A DNA stretch of 64,000 bases from Oculina patagonica (taxonomy: Eukaryota), in NCBI RefSeq assembly GCF_052425735.1, contig NC_135769.1, forward strand, positions 16,740,001-16,804,000, given 5' to 3'. Positions 56,062 to 64,000 of the stretch are shown in pieces. How positions within the stretch are numbered: the first letter of the stretch is position 1; each line of letters starts with the position of its first letter. The notes under the pieces were generated by a model, which was not told the DNA's origin, ran no database searches, and saw nothing but the letters and a program-made list of their open reading frames with translations. The translations under genes and the position numbers were made by a program.

Positions 56062-57867
56062 TTACACTTTCTGAACTTGCTCTTCATCTCGACTAAATTG
56101 CCGCTGTTGTAGTTGATGTTAAGGCAGCAAAAGGAGGGCTGCGTAACATTCCTACAACTTCCACTTCTTACATGGTTGCTGTGTTGACAGCTGTTCGCAA
56201 TGTTTCTGTGTTCTTTTTCTGAGTTTCTGAATTTACATCAGTTGTCGAAGTCTCGATAGTTTCCAGCGTTGTTGAGTTTCTCTCAGTTTTCATAAATTTC
56301 TGCAAACTTCTCGAGAAAATAGTTTCCGAATCTCCTGAAACTTCCTTACCTCCTATTATTGTGACCAACTCTTCGTTGAATGCAGATCAAAATGGAAATG
56401 GTGGTGGTGCTACTGTTGTACGCGCGGATTCCTCAGATCCACTGATTGGTTGACCTGTTGTAGGCCCCACATGCACAACCGCTGCCTGTCCTCTCACTGT
56501 TTGCCTTTTCTTGCAAAACAACATAACACGGAGATTTTCACGGAAACTTTTCATCTGCATTCTGTACAACACCGGATTAACACAAGAGTTGGAGGTGAGC
56601 AATGCTGTAACAGTCTTGTAGAACCACTTGTTATTTCAACCCAGCCTGACACCATGAGGTAAGCTGTCAAGTTCGAAATCCACTTCACTGCGTATATTAG
56701 ATAATGTTGACCACAATCAGCGTTATGGCAACTTGCTTACGATAGCACAGCGAAGCCCTCTGGGAAGCTTCCAAATTCTCGACTGGCTTGAACCACAAGT
56801 GATGTACTACTCTGGAGTACAGGTGTACTATGATGCACACAGGAACTATGCCTGCTAGAAACATCCAAACAAGGCCGTTTACTTTACTTGTTATGTAGGA
56901 AGATTCCAGGTTAGTGGCACCTCTGCAAAGACGTTCGTCAGAAAGATAATTACCGGTGCTCATAAAGTTAGGCATATTTATTAAAATAGCGAAAGTCCAT
57001 CCAAGGGGGATAAATACTTTTACTTTTTGCTCGTCAGTACTTTTCTAAACAGTGGGGCGCGTCTGGTGTTGTTGCTTCCGTTTCTGATGGCCTCTTAGTG
57101 CTTAATCTGTAGTATTTTTCTTATTGAGTATCTTGAGTTTGAGTCCTAAAGTCTGAATCCAAAAATTCCAAAAAATCCCCAAAAAATCCGTGTTCTGTGT
57201 GTGTCTGTGGTAATGTTTTCATGTTCCTTTGTCTAATGTGTTGTTCTATGTTGAGGTTCACCTGTGGGCAGGGTGAACTCTCCTATCCTTCCTTGTTTTG
57301 TCTGAGTCTGTTCTAGGTCTGTTTCCATGTCTGTAGTCTGGCCCGGGGAGAAGCCGAGTTCGTTGCTCGGGCCCCTTTTGACATCCTCGAGGACCCCCTT
57401 CCCGGTTAACGCGTGATAGCATTGCACTACGCTATCACCTGCATCCAAAAAAAACGTTTAGACGTCGCTTTGTAAATCTACCGCGCTGGTAAAGTGGATG
57501 AATAATGGGCAAAGTAGCATTCAACAGCGATGTAGACCAGGCATGGAATGGATACAGCAGCACCAACCCAGGCTAAAGCTCCGTTGGTGATAAATTTACA
57601 CAGGAATCGGCCTGTCTGTCTTTCGGGGTGGGCAATGAATGGCATCATAATGTACTGAATACCGATGAAGAAGGCAAACATCATGTCGGCGACAGCTGAC
57701 CAATAGATAATTGAGCGTAGTCTACATGGGCTTGTCGAGAACTACAAATGACTTTAATTCCAAACAAAGGCAGAAGGACAGTTAAAACGACCAGCGTGTT
57801 GCCAACCAGGGCAATAGGTACAAGGATTGATAATGCTACGGTAAAAATCATGTCAACGTGATTTTAT
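56062..57867 (-). pseudogene. Peptide-receptor-like class A GPCR pseudogene, copy 1
   Basis: LVGNTLVV (TM1), LNYLLV, FLCKF...IAVECYFA, GIVPV, NSCVNPVLY. Disrupted by premature stops, frameshifts and two insertions. Confidence 0.85.
57025..57454 (+). mobile_element. 5'-truncated L1/Tx1-like non-LTR retrotransposon 3' end, inserted in the GPCR pseudogene
   Basis: Short ORF end RQYFSKQWGASGVVASVSDGLLVLNL* (resembles Tx1-type ORF2 C-termini, from memory), T-rich 3' UTR, terminal hairpin and an A8 tail. Absent from GPCR copy 2. Confidence 0.65.
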
Positions 57868-58298
57868 CTATAACGAAAAACACATAAGTAACAGTTTAAT
57901 GTTTAGCTTAGCTGCACCAAGTGGAAAGAATTAGTGCTAACTGCCTTAAGCAGTAAAATGAAACTCTTATATATTTGCTGTAACGTTCCAAAAATAACAA
58001 TCCCTCTACATCAGCAAGAATCCGAATTACCAATTAAAAAAGACTGTTAAATTCTGTCATTTCCCTCGGAACTTGATGTATTATAAAATACGAAATTTCC
58101 CGGTGTTACCCGAACGTACGATTTAACGATTGACTGAAAATGGTGCAGCACGGCTTGGAAATCCCTGTGTTGGTGGTATCTCTTCGGTTTTAGTTTTAAA
58201 GTGAGGTGTCTACCTTGAAGCTCAAACTACAAATGTCTTTAATTCCAAACGAAGGCAAACAAAATTTCAAAAAACAAACGAAGAAATATTGAGATTTA

Positions 58299-58518
58299 AG
58301 CCTGGTTTTCACTAGCGATGCAAGCACAAGGGCAAGCACAAACGCAGGCAGGCTAACAGGGAAAAAAAAGACCCTTGTACTTGTGCTTGACACAAGTTCA
58401 AGCATAACCATCAAAATTCAATGTGTTTGTGCTTTTGCTTGCGTCGAAGCCGTATTCACGGTGAAATTAAAGCTGTTATCCTTACGCTTGTGCTTGCGTC
58501 GCTAGTGAAAACCAGGCT
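58299..58518. mobile_element. PIF/Harbinger-type MITE
   Basis: TIR AGCCTGGTTTTCACTAGCGA(T/C)GCAAGCACAAG with TTA TSD. Confidence 0.85.
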
Positions 58519-61477
58519 TTAGGCAGCGGTTCTTATTAATGTTTTGTTACAATGTCTATAAGACATCTGTAATTTACAAAAAGGCAAACGAAAATGCACT
58601 GTACCGTAAATCGTGTCAGGTGCATGGCTTTATGATATAATATAACTAAAGATGTGGGAAATGGTGAAAGCATTGCTCGTGAGCGGTTTCTACTGGGTTC
58701 TACTAGGAGGTATTTTTTAGGCACTTACAGCCGTTTCTCTGTTTCTGGTTTCCATAAAACAACGGCAAACTTTTTTTCCAAGCTTGGAACTACTGAAAAA
58801 TCTGAAAAAATTGCTTCGCAAAAAATAACTCTAAGAACTATTGTGTACAAAGTCTTTTCTAATTGTTCTCTATTTCCGAGAAATTAAAGCACTTTTTGAT
58901 TACCCTTGCTTCGGACGGAGTGGTGATAACGGTTTTTTTTTTTCAATTAACAAGATATACCTCTAGGAAGATGCAGGTACAGAAGAGTTTCAGGCCATCT
59001 GTTCTGATATCTCGAACGATTGATTACATACTAAAAGATCGTATGTTAGTAGATATATACACGTCTTTGCTTGCAGAAATATTGCCAAGAAGCACTGCGT
59101 ATTAATGGCTTTTGTATAATTGTCACCACCCACCTTGCCTTTTACTGTCAAACACTATATTACATTGTAGTTGAAAAACAGTGAAGAGTGCCCATGAATA
59201 GACAGTTTTATATAATAAAATCCAGACGGAAATTAAACCTCATTTCAGTTGTTTTTAGAAGAAATGTAATCACTGACAAGATGTCAGTCAAGTTTTATGA
59301 TTGCCATATCAAAGGGTACGGCGCAACAAGTTCACCATAAATTAGATTTTCACTTACTGAATGTAAATAGTATGATTTTCTTAATAAGAGCCTTGACGGA
59401 TCCTGGCATATGGACGTCAATACGCCTTTGTATGAAGAGTGACAATTTTTGTGGATCGAGAATGAATTTTGTTTAGACAATTTGATCAGGAAATGTTATT
59501 AAAAGGAGGTACTATAAAAAAAAAACACTCAAAAAAGCATTGTACGTGCACACCTCACGTCACTGTCAGGTAAGGGTCCTAAAGGGAGAGGGAGGGTGTA
59601 TAAATCCCATTTCCCAGCCCAAATTATGCCATTTTGGTTCCAGTCCCATTTTTTTATTCCCAATCCCAGTAACGCAAATCACATTTTCCAGTAAAAAATA
59701 TAGGGAAGTTCCGCCCATTTTACTCCTTAAAGCCCTTTCAGGTACTGATAGTGTTGGTTAGAGGGTACGCGATGGGGTGCCGTGGTTCTGATTGACACTT
59801 TTCCACAGACACAACCTCGAGAAAAGCTCATAATCCTTTTATAATTGGTATGACCATTTTTCTCAAATTTTGTAAAAGATAAACGTTCCAGTGTTTAACA
59901 CTGATGTGGTCCTTGGTCTCTTCTTCAACCACAACACATGTTAACGTCGGCAGCAGCAATCCAAACCATCGCGTCAGGACTACCACGGGGGCTACACTAG
60001 GCCCCTTGCTCCTGCTAGCTGCTGCCTGCAGGCTTAATTTAAGGTTCGGGTTTCTGGAATCCTAAAACGGTGGAGCCTGGCCGAAGCCCGAGCTTTGATA
60101 CTCTAACGTATTTTAGCACAATGGAACCCTACCAATCCCCTGACCACCAATGGGACATAAAATCTTGAAACAGATTTGTTTTAACAATATTTTTTGCTGA
60201 CAAATCATCTCTGGTCACAGCTAGAGTTTGGTTGAATATAATCTTCCAAGTTCCTTGATTTGCTTACGTTCGTAGTTACTACTGATTACACGTTCTGAAC
60301 TTGCTCCTTTTCCCGGCGAAATTGCCGCCGTAGTAGTTTTTGCTCAATCAGCAGCATATGAGGGGTTATGAAACATTCCTACATCTTCCATTTTTTTCAT
60401 GGTTCCTGTGTTTACAGCAGTTTGCCATGTTTCTGTGTCCTTGTTCCTAGGTTCTTGATTGACATAAGTCTTAAATTAAATAAAAAATAAATGAATGAAA
60501 GTAAAAAATATACAATAGAATTAAATTGATTATTAACTTATTATCACACACTGCTTGTTTAAAAATGTCTAAGAGCTGTAAAAAAAAACGCTACAAAAAA
60601 AATATATATAAAAGGATTAACTCCACAAAACTCAGCTTCCTATAATCTACAATTTTGGGAGATGCAGATCATGGCGTCGGTGCGTAAATTGTTCATGAAT
60701 CTTGGTGGTCTTCTTGAGGCCAATGTTAAAATCAATTTCACCTCCAGACCATGATTATTTTCATAGCAGTGTAAGTAACCTTCCTCAACAAAGTTTGGGT
60801 TTAAATGCCTTGAACGATACTTTTTCTACTGGGCACGCTGAACGAGAGGGATCATCCACCAATCTAAGTCAACAACAAAGGAAATACAATAAAAGGAAAT
60901 GCTTTCAGATTAAAACAAATTTACAATAGGGGTCTTTAATATATAATAGGGCTGATACAATAACGTCTTTGCAAGGCATGGGCCAAATACGTTACCAAAA
61001 TGTTAAATGCTAAACATTTTTGTTCTTCTCCGACTCCAAGTTCATTGAGCGAATGACCATTGTTGCGACATATGGCTTTTTCTTGCCAATTGCAGATATC
61101 TCGAATCGAAAATTAGGGTTATTCTCTAAGAAAATCTCCACACAAATTGTGCACTTTAAATGCGATTTTTGTGTAAGGATATGAATTGTAATAATCGCAT
61201 GGTAATTCATTTACAAGATCAAGTTGGTGTGCGTTTCTTAAGGAGAATCCAAGATTGGATTCTAAATCTTGGATAACTTTTTTCGTCAAGAGTATCCTAT
61301 TTACCCAACATAATTTCAGCTTGCAAGTGCCTTCTTAGAAATTGAAAAGAAATTGTTACGTCCTGCCCTTCGCCCTCAATGGTCGTAGTGGCGTTTTCAA
61401 GGAATTTAAGGGGCAGTGTCATTATCCCATGATGCCAACTGCGCCAGCAGACACAAGGTCAGCAGCACATGGCGCTC

Positions 61478-61965
61478 AGTTCAAAGAAGCCAATCGCCAG
61501 TTCAAAGTGGTGATCGCCAGTTTAAAGTCAGGGTTGTAACCAGGTATATTTTTTCATCGCTGATCCCAAATTTTAGCTCTAAATTTTGATTCCTGATCCC
61601 CAAACTGAGGCAACATTTGATCCCTGATTCCATTCTGATCCCATCTGATTGGCTGATCCGGATCCCATGACATGCTATGACTTGTGACCCGGGATCCCAG
61701 GTCCATGATCCCGATCCCGAGGCTGTGATCCCTGATCCCATATACCTGGTTACGACCCTGTAAAGTGGCAAGCGCTAGTTTAAAGTGGCGATCGCTAGTT
61801 CAAAGTGACGATCGCTAGTTTAAAGTGGCGATCGCCAGTTCAAAGTGGTGATCGTTAGATCGCTAGTTCAAAGTGGCGATCGCTAGTTCAAAGTGGCGAT
61901 CGCCAGTTCAAAGTGGCGATCGCTAGTTTAAAGTAGCGATCGCCAGTTTAAAGTGGCGAATCGTC
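61478..61965. repeat. 20-bp minisatellite (AGTTCAAAGTGGCGATCGCT)n split by a MITE
   Basis: About 2-3 units before 61529 and about 10 units after 61760. Confidence 0.85.
61529..61760. mobile_element. MITE with CAGGG termini and 6-bp TSD
   Basis: TIR CAGGGT(T/C)GTAACCAGGTATAT; TSD TAAAGT; internal TGATCCC repeats. Confidence 0.85.
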
Positions 61966-64000
61966 AGTTGAAAAAAAGTGAGAAATACCATGGCCCCTAA
62001 TGGGCACCGTACTAATGGGCACCGTAGTATCCACTCTGTGCTTGGTCCACATCGCTGTTGAACAATACTTTGCCATTATTCATCCGCTTCTCCAGCGCGG
62101 TAACCAGCGCGGTAGATTTACAAAGCGACGTCTGAAAGCCTCCATCGCCCTTGGATGGACATTTGCTATTGTGATAAACATGCCTAGCTTAATGGACACC
62201 AGTTATTTTCACCCTGACTTACGTTTGTGCAGAGGTGCCACTAACATGGAATCTCCCTACATAACAAGTAAAGTAAACGGCCTTGTTTGGATGATCCTAG
62301 CAGGCATAGTTCCTGTATGCATCATGATATACCTGTACTCAAGAGTAGTGCACCACTTGTGGCTCAAGCCAGTCGAGAATTTGGAAGCTTCCCAGAGGGC
62401 TTCGCTAGGATACAGCAGCACCAACCCACACTATAGTTCCGTCTGTGAAAAATTTACACAGGTATCGGCCTGTCTGTCCTTCGGGGTGTGCAATGAATGG
62501 CATCATAACGTACTGAATACCTATGGACAAGTTCACCAGCAGATAATTGAGCGTAGTCTGCATGGGCTTGTTGATAAGGACAGTTGAAACGACCAGTGTG
62601 TTGCCGACCAAGGAAACAAGTGCAAGGAATGACAACACCACGATAAACATCATATTAACAAGATACGTTCGTCTATAATAAATACACAATAAAGTTTTAG
62701 TGTTAAGCTTATCATAGCTTTAGTTCTCTATCTAAAAGCAAGTAGGGCTAGCTGCCACGAGGAGCACAATTTGTTTCGTCCTTAATGTGGAGCAAAACAA
62801 ATGTTGTATATCTTTAAATAGTGACTCCTCGAAAGTCTGAGCGGCCATGACCCCATACGTAGCGATATAAAACGGTTGCTAAATTCGAAAGTAAGGCGGA
62901 TTGTTATTTTTGAAACTTTATGGTTTTGTGAAATTAGAACATTTCGCGAGCTGGACAAAGTATGCCTTTCGGTCTGAAGCTCAGGCAGTAAGGGAACTTA
63001 GTCTAGAAAAGTCGATCCGAGAAATTAAAGCAGCCGTAGCGGTGTTCCGTGTTTTGGAGTTCCTTGACCTTCTGTAAGTGATTTCCAAAACCGGAGAAAG
63101 CACTGCAAATAAATTCGCTTTCATCATTTTAGCCATCACCTACCTTGCTTTTGATTGATTAATTCGTCAATGACTCCCACGTTAAATATAAAGTTGTCTC
63201 ATTGTACTTCATTTCTGTCCCCCAGACTCATATTACTTATTTACGCTATAAGAAGAAAAAGTTACCTAATGAAAGAGAAAATCTCATTCCTGTTAATGTT
63301 GGAGAAAACTGTATTACTGTTAGACGCCAGTCAAGTTTTCTGATTAACATATCGGCGCATACAGAACCCAGCTGCCGTTAAATTAGATCTGCGTTTTCTG
63401 AATGTAAATAACAATAATAGAGTTGCCGAATCCTGGCAGACGAAAGTCAATACACTGTTTTATGAACAACATTTTTTTACTCGATGCAACAATTTTACAA
63501 TACAGAAAAAAATGAAAGTGACCAAAAAGCCGTAGATGCCCAATGCAATAATAAAGTTCTATACAAGTTGGAAACACATCTCTTTATAAAACACATCTTG
63601 AATCGTTCATTCCTGAACCTGGGGAGTGTGCATATAATGGCCACTTTCCATAAGTGCTTTCTCTATCGGTAGGAAGTAAATTATATAAACCATGACAAGG
63701 GTCTAATGCATTAGTTTCCTGTGTGCAATAACATTTTGCATGTGTAAAACGTCTTTTAAAAGGCCTTTTGTCTTGTGAAAATGAAAAAACCAAAACAATA
63801 AAAACTCCGCAAGAAGCCAAAGTTATCAAAAAGTGCTTATTAGTTCTAATGAAAATATATAGAAAACAAGGAAAATACTTTTTGTATTAACAGTTTTCTA
63901 AGCAATTTTTATAGAAAGAAAAGTTCTCATGTGCATGTCTTCGAGCATGGTCGAAATTTTTTTTTTTAATGAAATTCAGAAACGGCTGTGTTACAAAAAG

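Larger units (their letters stand above)
60286..62672 (-). pseudogene. GPCR pseudogene copy 2, rearranged: TM1-3 on minus (62672-62408), TM3-5 inverted on plus (62027-62406), C-terminal tail at ~60286-60470; TM6-7 not found
   Basis: High similarity to copy 1 (RLCRGATN.ES.YITSKVNGLVWM.LAGIVPV...HHLW.KPVENLEASQRAS). The flank ~59895-60080 also matches ~55720-55895. Confidence 0.85.

Noticed and set aside
60640-61230. Possible decayed coding or transposon fragment
   Set aside because: Too degenerate to assign without a database search.
61478-61965. CRISPR array or cyanobacterial HIP1-rich contamination
   Set aside because: Head-to-tail repeats with no unique spacers and no cas genes, in a eukaryotic context.
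62000-62587. 195-aa ORF as a functional gene
   Set aside because: Chimera of an inverted GPCR fragment and antisense sequence created by the inversion.

Overview
AT-rich, intron-containing animal DNA from a draft short-read assembly. It has three N gaps and several low-quality homopolymer patches. The repeat families and gene content suggest a cnidarian, probably a stony coral (inference). Genes reconstructed by hand from splice sites and reading-frame phase: the 5' four exons of unkempt (minus strand, running off the window); a 10-exon coilin (minus) head-to-head with a stand-alone formiminotransferase (FTCDNL1-like, plus); a ~753-aa leucine-rich-repeat (LRR) protein; a single-exon F-box protein plus a corrupted paralog; two divergently transcribed GH1 beta-glucosidases, one with a +1 frameshift; a divergent 7TM protein; and two decayed copies of a peptide-type GPCR. 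Introns and spacers hold many MITEs, tRNA-SINEs and LINE fragments. Most notable: the LRR protein appears to end in a UIM-like helix and a COPR5-like tail (EDWD...QFDDAD, resembling the PRMT5-binding motif), making it a candidate new PRMT5 substrate adaptor 3 kb from coilin. Also notable are a Tx1-like retroelement 3' end resembling the U2 snRNA 3' stem-loops, and repair signatures (staggered inversion, templated insertion) in the GPCR pseudogenes.
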